From: Dehalococcoidia bacterium LH_S1
Lineage (GTDB): Bacteria; Chloroflexota; Dehalococcoidia; SZUA-161; SpSt-899
Assembly: GCA_023660035.1 (NCBI GenBank)
Contig: JAGXOF010000003.1
Span: 1 to 34,208, forward strand
Direction: 5' to 3'
DNA: 34,208 nt
Shown piece by piece: positions 1 through 9,647 of this stretch. The notes beneath the pieces are model-generated. The model did no database searches and had not been told where the DNA came from. It worked only from the letters and a program-made list of their open reading frames with translations. How positions within the stretch are numbered: the stretch's first letter is position 1; each line of letters starts with the position of its first letter. The position numbers and the translations under genes were made by a program.

Positions 1-26
1 TTTCCTTTTGGAAATCGATATCTCCT

Positions 27-54
27 CCAGGCCCATTTTGTATTGGAAGAGAGT
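27..54. repeat. Copy 1 of a ~29-bp motif, probable mobile-element terminus
   Basis: ccaggcccattttgtattggaagagagt matches 4047-4075 at 23 of 29 aligned positions and lies where the response regulator reading frame loses homology. Confidence 0.5.
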
Positions 55-163
55 GTACCTCTCCGATGACGGTGATTGCATTTACCCCTTCCAGCAAGGC
101 TCGAAGACCTGTCCGGATTACCATATTGTCATTGATTATGAGAACTCTTACCGAATTCATCAT
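55..163 (-). pseudogene. N-terminal fragment of a NarL/FixJ-family response regulator receiver domain
   Basis: Manual translation MMNSVRVLIINDNMVIRTGLRALLEGVNAITVIGEV fits the receiver pattern IRVLIVDDHxxVRxGLRxLLxxxxxIxVVGEA; similarity stops at about position 55. Confidence 0.7.
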
Positions 164-212
164 TCATTTACCAAGATATCTACTTAATTGCATTCTATTA
201 CATATCTACATG

Positions 213-246
213 GATGAAAAGTGGTACATCGGTACCACTTTTCATC
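213..246. promoter_or_regulatory. Perfect 15-bp inverted repeat, candidate operator or hairpin
   Basis: gatgaaaagtggtac-atcg-gtaccacttttcatc between divergent genes. Confidence 0.55.
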
Positions 247-477
247 GTCAAAGCTGATCCTGGCCAAAATTTGGTACTTGGGTGTCATTACAAAATGTTT
301 TCGGTGTGCTAGCTTTGAGACATGTTTTCAGTATTGGTCAGAGTATGTGATTTTATAGGTTCATTATAAAGAGAGTGAAACAAGGAATCTGACTAAGGGG
401 GTGAGCATATGAGAGTGTGAAGTTTGGGGGTGAAAGGGAGTTGGGGAATCAAGAACTATTTTAAGGAAGCAAACAGG

Positions 478-981
478 ATGAAAAAGGCATTGGTAATGGT
501 TCTGGTTGTGGTGTTCCTATCGAGGGGTATAACACCGATTGCATTTGCGGATGGCCATTCTGATTTGGGCAAGTCTACTGATGGTGATTATGATCTGTTA
601 ACAGAGAGTGCCATAAGCGGAGCAAACGGTCTGGAAGTAGTAGAAGACCCCTCCCCTTGCTCCAAGGATGCAGAAACTAAGCTAAATCCTTCTGACAAGA
701 TGGAGGAAAAGGCAGACGCACACAAAGCTGTGGCGCTTGTTTTGGCTTCTGATGACTTCCACTCCTTGCACCAATCCCTCATAGAAGACGGCTTGCATTT
801 TGATGCTGGTCAGCATCGTGCGTTTCGCTTCGGAGGATGTAGTGGGTGTGAGGAACACCAAAGGTATGTAGTAGCTTTTGGTTTTAGTCCTTTGGCCACT
901 GGAAACAGTGTGGGCATAATAGCTTCTGTGGATTTATCGGCAGAGAAGATTCTGGACATTGAGCGTGTGGATCTATGTTAG
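478..981 (+). CDS. Hypothetical exported protein, possibly truncated
   Basis: ATG 478 after aaggaag; MKK plus hydrophobic stretch plus AFA-D resembles a signal peptide; CxxC (CSGC). Confidence 0.55.
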   Translation: MKKALVMVLVVVFLSRGITPIAFADGHSDLGKSTDGDYDLLTESAISGANGLEVVEDPSPCSKDAETKLNPSDKMEEKADAHKAVALVLASDDFHSLHQSLIEDGLHFDAGQHRAFRFGGCSGCEEHQRYVVAFGFSPLATGNSVGIIASVDLSAEKILDIERVDLC

Positions 982-1094
982 TTCTGCTGGGAGTGGCCTG
1001 TATAGGCGGATTTATCTGGCTCATGTTTCAGGGAGAGGTAATTCGTGCTGCTCTTTTTGCTGTCATAATCGTCTTTCTGGGAGTAATAACTCTT
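975..1094 (+). pseudogene. Small membrane protein fragment interrupted by IS1595
   Basis: Two hydrophobic segments (MLVLLGVACIGGFIWLMF; AALFAVIIVFLGVITL), then the frame runs into the IS end. Confidence 0.35.
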
Positions 1095-2068
1095 ATGCCT
1101 ATCTTGTTAACTCAGAACAGGATTGGTTGGATGTACCCAAGCTTTCCGACCTTTAGCGACTCCATACAGCCCCTTATAGGTTGGCTCCAACCTCTCTTTC
1201 ACTAATCCCAGTACGGTCTGGAAAGCAGCCATCGGAGTTTTCCTACGATTGAAAGGGAAGCAGAACTCGTTCAAATACGCTTGTAGATGTTGAGGACTAA
1301 CCCCGTGGTGAGTGCCGATTATCCACATCTTCAGGTTAGAGAACACTCTGTGAATATGTATTAGCTGTGGCGTCACGATATGCCTGTATCCCACCGTTTC
1401 CAGTTTGGAGTAGCTAACCCACTCATCCGTCTTCACTGTGGAGCCTCCCTCTACATTTAACTGAATGAAATCCGTCAGGGTCTTACCTGTGACATCTGGT
1501 ATAACCTTAAGACGCACTCTGTTGGCATACTTGCCTCTGATGTCCATCGCACCTGCCACTATCACTTTGCCTTCGGCACCCCTACCGCTTTTGCCGGGAT
1601 GTTCTCCACCGATATAGGTTCATCCACTTCTACTAATCCACTGAGTATACTACGGGCCGTTTTCACCATAGCGGAACGGAGCTTATGGAGCATGGTAAAA
1701 GCAGTCTGATAGCTGTATAACCCTATCTGCCTCTGGAACTGGAGAGCCGACATACCGGGCGTATGCGTTGTTACAAGGTAGGCCGCCTGAAACCACATCG
1801 TAAGTGGCATTCTGGAACGATGCATTACCGTTCCAGCAGTCACCGATGCCTGATAGCTACATTTCTTGCATTGGAGAAGTTCGCGAGTGTCTATCCAATA
1901 GGACTCTGTATTACCGCAATGGGGACAAATAAACCCATCGGGCCAACGTGATTGTATCAAGAACTTCAAACACGCTTCCTCAGTGGAAAACACCTGCTGG
2001 AATTCAAATACCGTGCGAGGGAAAGTACGTCTAGGTATTTTCACTACCTCTCCTTCCTCATAGGATTC
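1094..2068 (-). mobile_element. IS1595-family element (ISSod11-like end), 5' end lost
   Basis: End tatgcctatc just past the transposase stop fits the nnnGcnTATC pattern; the other side abuts IS630. Confidence 0.75.
1107..2044 (-). pseudogene. IS1595-family (ISXO2-like) DDE transposase with one frameshift near 1619
   Basis: Zn ribbon CPHC..CKKC, VEVDE(TYIGG), TDEWxSY, HHGVSxxHLQAYLNEF; split across ORFs 1562-2044 and 1107-1565. Confidence 0.85.
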
Positions 2069-2963
2069 TAGTGGCTTGTCAGGTTATTAACTGAACTAAA
2101 AATGACATCAGCTGTTTTTGTCCAACGGAAGACATGCCCCTCTTCGTTGAATTTCCGGATATAGTTCATGATAGCTGATACCAGTGCTTGCTTGGATGTG
2201 AACACTCCTCTCCGAAGCGCTTTGGCTTGTAACAGATTGAACAGTACTTCAGCCAGATTAAGCCAAGAAGAGTAGGTGGGGATGAAATGAAAGACTCCCC
2301 TCTTATGGCTTGGGCGTTTGTGCCACTCTTTCACCTCTTTGGAGTCATGACTCTTGACGTTATCCAGAATAATGTGAATCTCACCGGATGGATAGGCATG
2401 CAGTAATTGGTTCATGAAGGCAATGAACTCCCGTGACCGGTGGCGTTCCTCGATGCGGGGAACAACGTGTCCAGCCTGTACTTCTAAGGCGGCGTATAGT
2501 TGGACGGTGCCGTTACGCTTGTAGTCGTGAGTTGCCGCTCAATCTGTCCAGGACGCATTGGTAACAACGGCTGAGTTCTATCCAGCGCCTGCACCTGGGT
2601 TTTTTCATCTACACACAACACTACGGCATTTTCCGGCGGATGCATATACAGCCCAACGACGTCCACCACCTTAGCGGTAAAATCGGGGTCATTTGACACG
2701 GAGAAAGTACCTGCCAGATGTGGCTTCAGGTTGGTCTGATCACCAAAAAACCGCTGACGCCACTGCACTACCATAGACCGCTGTAGCCTCACCTCCTGGG
2801 CTATCGCCGTGTTGGTCATCCCTTCCGCCGCCAGCAGGATGAGAGGAGCACGCTGTACCTTTCTATATGGGGCAATCCGTGAATTTGAGATACTTTCCAA
2901 TATCTCCTTTTCTTCCCCATTCAATACGATGGGAGACGCTTTTCTGCTCATGCTCCCCATCAT
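2068..2963 (-). pseudogene. IS630 transposase, frameshifted near 2532 and missing part of the HTH region
   Basis: VLCVDEKTQVQALDR, (T)HDYKRNGT, IILDN, PTYSSWLNLAE motifs. Confidence 0.85.
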
Positions 2964-3011
2964 ATCATATTTGGATATTATCTGTGCATTTATTAGTCTG
3001 ACAAGATACTA
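2069..3011 (-). mobile_element. IS630-family element, internally deleted
   Basis: Imperfect TIRs TA-gtggcttgtcaggttattaa and TA-gtatcttgtcagactaataa (reverse complement), each flanked by TA. Confidence 0.85.
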
Positions 3012-3840
3012 CCATGGGCTCGAACTCAGCATGGTCAGTGGCATTCTGGCTGACATCTGCAGCTACGATTATCTGATCCCTGTCATCTACTGCTATCTGC
3101 CCATTATAGTTGGGCTGAACAACGTCCCGGCTGTCCTTCATCAGCCTGGAACTCGTATCGGTTACATTCACTTTCTCCAGTTTTTCCCTCTCCAGCACCC
3201 CTCTCGCTTCCTGAAGCCTCTTCAGGCGGTATTCCTTCCCCCTCAACTCCTCCGCCATCTCTGAGCCGTCACCATCGGGGTATATCTGATCCTCCAGTTT
3301 ATCCAGGTTAGCTGATGCTTGAACCATCTCCTTCATTTGCTCCTTGATGCGCTCTATCTCCTTCTCTAAACCCTCTTTATCTCTGGTCTGTCTCACTGAA
3401 GCATTTGCCTTTAGCTTGGTGCCATCAAAGGCAATGTGCCCCAAGCCTACCATGCCTAAAGAGGCACACATCCTCACTACTTCTACAAATAACCCGGGAA
3501 GCACGTCAGAGTACTCGGCGCGGAAAAGACATATGGTTCGGAAATCGGGAGATTGTAGTCCCGACAGGAACATGAAGGCAGTGTCTGTCTTTAGGTCTCA
3601 GGCGATGCTGCGAGAGCTGTAGATTTCGTGGCTATAAGCATAAATGACTACCTCTAGTATCATGACCGGGTGGTAAGCTGGCGCCCCTCCACCTTCATAC
3701 TTGGCAAGCAGCAGCGACAAATCCATGCTCTCGACTACATCATTGATAATCCGTGCCTCATGATTCTCGGGCACAAATTCATCCAGTGAAGGGGGAAGCA
3801 GCAATCCCTGACTCTGGCTGTATTCCTTGAATATCTTCAT
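3012..3840 (-). pseudogene. IS1182 transposase with in-frame TGA at 3598-3600, truncated
   Basis: LLPPSLDEFVPENH, GAPAYHP, SSRSIA, PDFRTIxxFR, DGTKLKANAS, TDxxSRLMK, YNGQIAVD. Confidence 0.85.
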
Positions 3841-3930
3841 TTACACTTACCTGCAGGGCATCCTCTACGCACATTATACCTTACTTGCCCTGCCACCAGC
3901 TACCTCTCTACCGGACTTTTTGGACAGCCT
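3012..3930 (-). mobile_element. IS1182-family element, 3' half missing
   Basis: End aggctgtccaaaaagtcc (reverse complement) at 3913-3930; transposase cut off at the IS630 end. Confidence 0.8.
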
Positions 3931-4046
3931 GTTGAACGAGTTTCCTCACGTTGAAATCTACCGAAGGAGGGAGGTTATCCACATACTCACACTATTCAGA
4001 AAGAAAGGAAAAGTAGCAAAAAGAAAGAAACGGTTATTACCACTCC

Positions 4047-4075
4047 CCAGCCCCATTTCTGGATTAGAAAAGACT
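4047..4075. repeat. Copy 2 of the ~29-bp terminal motif
   Basis: ccagccccatttctggattagaaaagact, preceded by a purine-rich tract. Confidence 0.5.
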
Positions 4076-4211
4076 CCCCCAAATCAGTGAGGGCAATTGA
4101 GATCGACTTGGCCCTACCCTTATTTTTCTCTTCAATTAGCATATATAAGTTATCGATCCGAATAAAGATGTGAAGTAGTAAGAGGAACTAGATGGATCTG
4201 TCAAGGAACTG

Positions 4212-4802
4212 TTATCCCTGGCTTCCTCCTTGTCCTTGATCCCCCTGGTTTTCATCAAGGTCTTCAAGATTGAGTTGGTCTATTACATCACGGAAAGCGG
4301 ATAAACTCTTCAGCTCTTGCTCACTTATTTCACCTGATTTTCCCTCACCTTGAGTTATAGGCTTGCCCGTTTCCCGATCTATCAAGATGCCTGCTCGATC
4401 CAGCACTGTCTCCTCAGCGTATATAGGGGCGTTCACCCGCACTGCCAATGCTGCCGCATCGCTAGGTCTGGAATCCAGTTCCAGTCGTTCACTGCCAATA
4501 CTAAGTATTAGCTTGGCATAAAACGTGTCATCTCGAAGATCGTTTACAATAATGGAATTCACGGAGGCTTTCAAACTGTCAATAACAGATACCAGGAGGT
4601 CATGTGTGAGAGGCCGGGGTAGATTGACGCCTTGGAGCTTAATAGCAATTGCATCTGCCTCCGCTGGCCCAATCCAGATGGGTAGATAGCGATCGCTTTG
4701 TTTCTCTTTCAGGATGACTACACGCGGGTTATTCATCATGCTGACTTCACCCTGGTTATTCATCATGCTGATGCGAATGCTGTCAATGCTCATCTCGATC
4801 AT
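4212..4802 (-). CDS. Bifunctional nuclease family protein (DUF151/BFN)
   Basis: LPIWIGxxEAxAI, RPLTHDL, DxRPSDAxALA motifs. Confidence 0.9.
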   Translation of the reverse strand: MIEMSIDSIRISMMNNQGEVSMMNNPRVVILKEKQSDRYLPIWIGPAEADAIAIKLQGVNLPRPLTHDLLVSVIDSLKASVNSIIVNDLRDDTFYAKLILSIGSERLELDSRPSDAAALAVRVNAPIYAEETVLDRAGILIDRETGKPITQGEGKSGEISEQELKSLSAFRDVIDQLNLEDLDENQGDQGQGGSQG

Positions 4803-4964
4803 GGTAGCCTCCGTTGCGCTGGATGTGAGTATTGTATCTCAGACCGTCTATATTGTCAAATGCATAATCCACAAGGTGCAGTGGCTGTAAAACAGGATTA
4901 AATTACCAGAAGGTTGAGCATAAGGGAATAAACCTGATATCATAAAAACTTGTGCTTACACCTC

Positions 4965-4997
4965 TTGACATCACTGATAATTCGTGTAAGCTATAAT
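4965..4997 (+). promoter_or_regulatory. Candidate sigma70 promoter of the ribosomal operon
   Basis: TTGACA 4965-4970; TAAGCT at 16-bp spacing or TATAAT (4992-4997) at 21-bp spacing. Confidence 0.5.
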
Positions 4998-5010
4998 GTG
5001 GTTAACATTA

Positions 5011-5108
5011 CTGCGGGAGCGTAGGTGGTAAGAGGGTTTAATTAGCCCACGGCCCGCAGCCTATAGGCAGAGCACAAACGGTTTACTGTAGGCTGTTGGT
5101 CTTTTTTT
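5011..5108 (+). promoter_or_regulatory. Structured leader with alternative stem and intrinsic terminator (attenuator-like)
   Basis: ctgcggg(5011-17)/cccgcag(5053-59) competes with terminator stem 5051-5066/5086-5101 followed by T7. Confidence 0.65.
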
Positions 5109-5131
5109 GTTGATTGGGACGGTGATAGGCC

Positions 5132-5770
5132 ATGAATGTTAAGGTTTATAACACACAAGGTACGGCAGTAGGGGATCTTGAACTGGATGGGAGCGTGTTT
5201 GGGGTTCTCATGAATGATGCCTTAGTGCACCAAGCACTTGTAAGGCAACGTGCCAATGCAAGGGCTGGTACCTCAAGCACTAAAACCCGTAGCGAGGTTG
5301 CTGGCAGTACCCGTAAGCTCTACCGGCAGAAGCATACTGGCCGGGCCAGAGCGGGGAGTGCAAAGTCTCCCCTGCGACGTCATGGTGGGGTGACATTTGG
5401 GCCTAAACCGAGAAGCTATCGGCAAAGGATGCCCAAGAAGATGAGGAGACTGGCGATACGGTGCATGCTGTCTGATAAGATGTCTAACGGGAAGCTCACT
5501 GTGTTGGATAACCTGAAGATAGATCAGCCTGAGACCAAGAGGATGAAGGATGTGTTGCGAAGGTTAGAGGCTGACCGTTCGGCTCTGGTTACCATATCCT
5601 CCCCGGACGGGAACGTCATTAAATCGGCCAATAATCTGGAAGGGGTTAAGGTAGCTCCGGCTCGATTACTAAATGTAGTTGATCTGCTTTCCTATGACAA
5701 TTTGGTTATGACCCAAGATGCAGTACAGGCGGTTGAGGAGCTTTGGGGGGAAAAGAAAAGTGCTGTGTAA
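5132..5770 (+). CDS. rplD: 50S ribosomal protein L4
   Basis: TKTRSEV..RKLYRQKHTGRARAGS..GGVTFGPKPR. Confidence 0.98.
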   Translation: MNVKVYNTQGTAVGDLELDGSVFGVLMNDALVHQALVRQRANARAGTSSTKTRSEVAGSTRKLYRQKHTGRARAGSAKSPLRRHGGVTFGPKPRSYRQRMPKKMRRLAIRCMLSDKMSNGKLTVLDNLKIDQPETKRMKDVLRRLEADRSALVTISSPDGNVIKSANNLEGVKVAPARLLNVVDLLSYDNLVMTQDAVQAVEELWGEKKSAV

Positions 5771-5811
5771 TTTAGTATATATATATAATATATAAGGATT
5801 AGAGAGTTATT

Positions 5812-6102
5812 ATGAATCTCTATGAAGTTGTTCGTGAACCTATAATTACGGAAAAGGTAACTGACCTGATGGGTCAGAAGCAGAGTAAATATGCCTTTAA
5901 GGTAGCAAAGGGCGCCAACAAACATCAAATAAAAGCAGCAGTGGAAAAGGCGTTCAAAGTAACCGTTGTATCTGTGAATGTGGTTACGGTGCCGAGCAAG
6001 CCAAGAGGCTTTGGCAGGCTGAGGGGTCACAGGCCTGCTTGGAAGAAGGCGATCGTTACACTTAAGCCTGGGGATAAGATCGAGGTGTTCGAAGGAGTTT
6101 AG
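5812..6102 (+). CDS. rplW: 50S ribosomal protein L23
   Basis: PIITEK, ANKxQIKxAVE, WKKAIVTL. Confidence 0.98.
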   Translation: MNLYEVVREPIITEKVTDLMGQKQSKYAFKVAKGANKHQIKAAVEKAFKVTVVSVNVVTVPSKPRGFGRLRGHRPAWKKAIVTLKPGDKIEVFEGV

Positions 6103-6106
6103 AGCA

Positions 6107-6934
6107 ATGGCGATTAAAGAGTACAAGCCAACATCTCCCGGTCGAAGAGGCATGACCAGCCAGCCGACGGGGGAGGTTACAAAGAGCGAACCCGAAAAGT
6201 CGCTTGTTGTGCCCCTGAGGAAGAAAGGCGGCAGAAATAACAAGGGAAGGGTGACAATCCGACATCGGGGTGGTGGTGCTAAGAGAAATTACAGGATAAT
6301 AGACTTTAAAAGGAACAAGCGGGATATTCCAGGGAAGGTGGCTGCCATAGAATATGACCCTAACCGTTCGGCCAATATCGCTTTGATAAACTATGTTGAT
6401 GGTGAGAAACGTTATATTCTGGCACCTACCGGGTTAAAGGTTGGAGATAGAATCATGGCTGGCCAAAATGCGGATATCAAGGTTGGGAACGCGTTGCCTT
6501 TAAGAAGGGTTCCAACCGGCGTGCCCATCCATAATGTTGAACTCCAGACCGGTAAGGGGGGGGAACTGGCACGGGGTGCTGGAACTGCGGTGTATGTTAG
6601 AGCGAGGGAGTCTGATGGATATGTGATGCTTACTCTCCCTTCCAAGGAAGTTCGCTATGTTCGGGGGGAATGTTTGGCCACAATAGGTCAGGTGGGGAAC
6701 TCTGAGCATACTTTTATTAATTGGGGTAAGGCTGGTAGAAGGCGTTATTTGGGCCGCCGGCCTAAGGTAAGGGGTTCAGCTATGAACCCCTATGACCATC
6801 CTCATGGTGGTGGTGAAGGTAGGGCACCAATAGGATTGCCGGGCCCCAAAACTCCCTGGGGGAAGCAGGCATATGGTGTCAAGACGAGGAGAAACAAGCG
6901 CTCCGACAATAGGATCGTGAAAAGGCGTAAGTAA
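6107..6934 (+). CDS. rplB: 50S ribosomal protein L2
   Basis: [37 protein letters not shown]. Confidence 0.99.
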   Translation: MAIKEYKPTSPGRRGMTSQPTGEVTKSEPEKSLVVPLRKKGGRNNKGRVTIRHRGGGAKRNYRIIDFKRNKRDIPGKVAAIEYDPNRSANIALINYVDGEKRYILAPTGLKVGDRIMAGQNADIKVGNALPLRRVPTGVPIHNVELQTGKGGELARGAGTAVYVRARESDGYVMLTLPSKEVRYVRGECLATIGQVGNSEHTFINWGKAGRRRYLGRRPKVRGSAMNPYDHPHGGGEGRAPIGLPGPKTPWGKQAYGVKTRRNKRSDNRIVKRRK

Positions 6935-6947
6935 CCGGAGGTGAGAA

Positions 6948-7211
6948 GTGAGCAGGTCTACTAAGAAGGGGCCATTTATTGACCAGAAGTTGATGAAGAA
7001 AGTGGATGCTATCCACAAGAGTGGTGAGAAGACAGTAATTAGAACATGGGCAAGAGGCTCTGTGATACCTCCTGAAATGGTGGGACTTACTATAGCGGTG
7101 CATAATGGGAAGAATCATGTTCCAATATTTATAACTGAGAACATGGTTGGACATAAGCTTGGGGAGTTTGTCCCCACGAGGACCTCTCCTCGGCGTGCGG
7201 TTAAAAAATAA
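6948..7211 (+). CDS. rpsS: 30S ribosomal protein S19
   Basis: RSx[14 protein letters not shown]. Confidence 0.98.
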   Translation: MSRSTKKGPFIDQKLMKKVDAIHKSGEKTVIRTWARGSVIPPEMVGLTIAVHNGKNHVPIFITENMVGHKLGEFVPTRTSPRRAVKK

Positions 7212-7303
7212 AATTCAAGCTTCGAGTAAGAAGGGCTAAATCGTTTGTATTTTATTAAAGGTATGGCTTTAATGAATGATAATCGGGCATTGAAGGTGAT
7301 CTT

Positions 7304-7636
7304 ATGGAAGTAAGAGCAACGGCGAAGGGAGTTAGGGCATCGCCACACAAGGTGAGGCGTGTTGTGGATATGGTTCGTGGCCGGAAGGCTGAGGAGGCTG
7401 TGGCTATCTTAAGCTTTACGCCGACCCCGATAGCGAGGAGGGTGGTGCGTGTGGTGAAGTCGGCCATTGCTAATGCTGAGAACAATTTCCATATGACACC
7501 GTCTGCTCTTACAATTGTAAAGGCGTTTGTGGATGAAGGGCAGACTATGAGGAGGGTTCGGTTCGGTGGAAGAGCAACGGTGAAGCCTATTCGGAAGCGT
7601 ATGAGCCATATTACTATAGTAGTTGAGGAGAAGTGA
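7304..7636 (+). CDS. rplV: 50S ribosomal protein L22
   Basis: SPHKVRRVVD, SAIANAENN, SHITIVV. Confidence 0.98.
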   Translation: MEVRATAKGVRASPHKVRRVVDMVRGRKAEEAVAILSFTPTPIARRVVRVVKSAIANAENNFHMTPSALTIVKAFVDEGQTMRRVRFGGRATVKPIRKRMSHITIVVEEK

Positions 7637-8317
7637 ATGGGACATAAAACCCATCCAATCGGTTTCAGGCTTGGAAGTTACAAGGATTGGCAATCCAAAT
7701 GGCAGGATGACAGGGATTATGCAACCCTTGTGCAGGAGGACCTCGCCATTCGGCGGGCCATTAATGCGAATTACAGGAATGCCGGAATTTCCAGGGTTGA
7801 GATTGAGCGAGGTGTTGGGGAAATTAATGTTACTATAAATACCTCTAGGCCGGGGGTTGTTATTGGCCGAGGGGGACAGAGGGTTGATGAGGTAAGGAAT
7901 ATTTTGCAAGGGTTGACGGGCAAAAGGATCCAGCTTAATATTCAAGAGATACAAGTTCCCGAATGTGATGCCTATTTAGTGGCGAGAAACATTGCTGATC
8001 AGCTTGAGAAGGGTATTACATACCGCCGTGCTGTCAAGAGAGCCATCTCTCAGACGATGAATGCTGGAGGCAAGGGCGTCAAAGTTGTGGTTAGGGGGCG
8101 TCTTGGGGGACGTGAGATAGCTCGAACTGTAAGTGAACACCAGGGCAGCGTTCCCCTTCATACCATACGTGCCGATATTGATTATGGGCTGGCGGAGGCA
8201 CATACTAATTCCGGTAAAATCGGAGTGAAGGTATGGGTCTATAAAGGGGATATACTGCCCGAGCAAAGCTATGTTGAAGGTGGGAATCTGGAAGCGTCAA
8301 CTGAGACTGCGGAGTGA
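7637..8317 (+). CDS. rpsC: 30S ribosomal protein S3
   Basis: GHKTHPIGFRLG, RPGVVIG, VPLHTIRADIDY. Confidence 0.98.
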   Translation: MGHKTHPIGFRLGSYKDWQSKWQDDRDYATLVQEDLAIRRAINANYRNAGISRVEIERGVGEINVTINTSRPGVVIGRGGQRVDEVRNILQGLTGKRIQLNIQEIQVPECDAYLVARNIADQLEKGITYRRAVKRAISQTMNAGGKGVKVVVRGRLGGREIARTVSEHQGSVPLHTIRADIDYGLAEAHTNSGKIGVKVWVYKGDILPEQSYVEGGNLEASTETAE

Positions 8318-8322
8318 TTTGA

Positions 8323-8721
8323 ATGTTGCAACCGAAGAAGGTAAAACACAGGAAAATGCACAGGGGCCGCCTTAAGGGTAAGGCCCAGTCTGGGAACAAG
8401 GTTGATTTTGGTGAACTTGGCTTGCAGGCTTTAGAGCCGGCGTGGATAACCAGTCGACAAATCGAGGCGGCCAGGATAGCGATCACACGGCATGTCAAAC
8501 GTGGAGGTAAGGTCTGGGTTCGTATATTCCCGGACAAGCCGGTTACCGCGCGCCCACCCGAGACGAGGATGGGGAAAGGCAAAGGCGTGGTTGATCATTG
8601 GGTAGCCGTGGTCAAGCCAGGGAGAATAATGTTTGAGATCGCGGGAGTGAATAAGGAAATGGAGCGTGAGGCATTGCGCCTGGCTGCTCACAAGCTTCCT
8701 ATTGACACTCGTATCGTATGA
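8323..8721 (+). CDS. rplP: 50S ribosomal protein L16
   Basis: [28 protein letters not shown]. Confidence 0.98.
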   Translation: MLQPKKVKHRKMHRGRLKGKAQSGNKVDFGELGLQALEPAWITSRQIEAARIAITRHVKRGGKVWVRIFPDKPVTARPPETRMGKGKGVVDHWVAVVKPGRIMFEIAGVNKEMEREALRLAAHKLPIDTRIV

Positions 8722-8797
8722 AGAGTAAAGCTGCGGAAGGGGATTTCAAGTAGAAAAGGTCCTTTCACAAAGTTATGAGTGTAAACGGAGCCTGAAA

Positions 8798-8995
8798 TTG
8801 AGAATAGACGAAGTTCGAGGAATGAATTACGAGGAACTTAAAAGGGAAGAGGAAAATTCCCGCCAGGAGCTTTTCAATCTGCGATTCAGATGGGCTACCA
8901 GGCAATTGACGAACTACCGGGAGCTCAACAGAGTTAAGAAGAAGATTGCTCGGATCAAGACGGTGATGCGGGAAATCGAATTATCCCAAGGATAG
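8798..8995 (+). CDS. rpmC: 50S ribosomal protein L29
   Basis: ELFNLRF..IARIKTV; gene order. Confidence 0.96.
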   Translation: MRIDEVRGMNYEELKREEENSRQELFNLRFRWATRQLTNYRELNRVKKKIARIKTVMREIELSQG

Positions 8996-9001
8996 AAAGA
9001 T

Positions 9002-9247
9002 ATGGGAACAAAGCGAACTCTTACAGGCGAAGTGGTAAGTAATAAGATGGACAAAACCGCAGTGGTGGAGATTAGGCGACTGCGCCAGCATCCCCGCTAT
9101 AAAAAGTACACCAAATACAGGAAGAAATTTAAGGCGCATGATGAACACAACTCATGCGAGATAGGTGATACGGTAAAGCTTGCGGAAACTCGTCCATTAT
9201 CTGGAGAGAAGCGGTGGAGGGTACTTGAGATTTTTGTCGAAAGGTAG
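9002..9247 (+). CDS. rpsQ: 30S ribosomal protein S17
   Basis: [20 protein letters not shown]. Confidence 0.98.
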   Translation: MGTKRTLTGEVVSNKMDKTAVVEIRRLRQHPRYKKYTKYRKKFKAHDEHNSCEIGDTVKLAETRPLSGEKRWRVLEIFVER

Positions 9248-9278
9248 CCCAGTAAAGGGAGTTGAAGGTTAGACTGAA

Positions 9279-9647
9279 ATGATCCAGATACATACCAGAC
9301 TTAAGGTAGCCGATAACTCCGGGGCGCGTGAGATAATGTGCTTCAACATTCCTGGAGGCACGAAACGGAAGTACGCTGGATTAGGGGATACGATTGTGGC
9401 CTCGGTTAAGGAGGCTATTCCCAATTCCCCGGTGGGAAGGGGTAGTGTAGTGCGTGCAGTAGTGGTGAGAGTAGCCACGTCGCACGGGCGTAGGGACGGT
9501 TCACATATTCGATTCGATGAGAATGCCGCTGTGATTTTGGATGAGAGAGGGAATCCCAGAGGCACGCGCATTTTCGGACCTGTGGCACGTGAGCTCAGGG
9601 AGAAGAACTTTATGAAGATTGTGTCGCTGGCACCGGAGGTGCTGTGA
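9279..9647 (+). CDS. rplN: 50S ribosomal protein L14
   Basis: [26 protein letters not shown]. Confidence 0.99.
   Translation: MIQIHTRLKVADNSGAREIMCFNIPGGTKRKYAGLGDTIVASVKEAIPNSPVGRGSVVRAVVVRVATSHGRRDGSHIRFDENAAVILDERGNPRGTRIFGPVARELREKNFMKIVSLAPEVL

Noticed and set aside
66-257. 63-aa plus-strand ORF
   Set aside because: Antisense to the response regulator fragment, which has the recognisable motif
3598-3600. In-frame TGA in IS1182 (and at 23204-23206 in IS630) as selenocysteine or recoding
   Set aside because: They fall in otherwise decayed transposases at non-Cys positions, and TGA is a normal stop for many genes here; simple nonsense mutations
3827-4090. 87-aa plus-strand ORF
   Set aside because: Spans the IS1182 end and a low-complexity purine tract; no RBS or domain
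7212-7303. Weak hairpins in the rpsS-rplV spacer (and the rplP-rpmC spacer)
   Set aside because: Short AT-rich or bulged stems without a U-tract; not distinguishable from chance without comparative data
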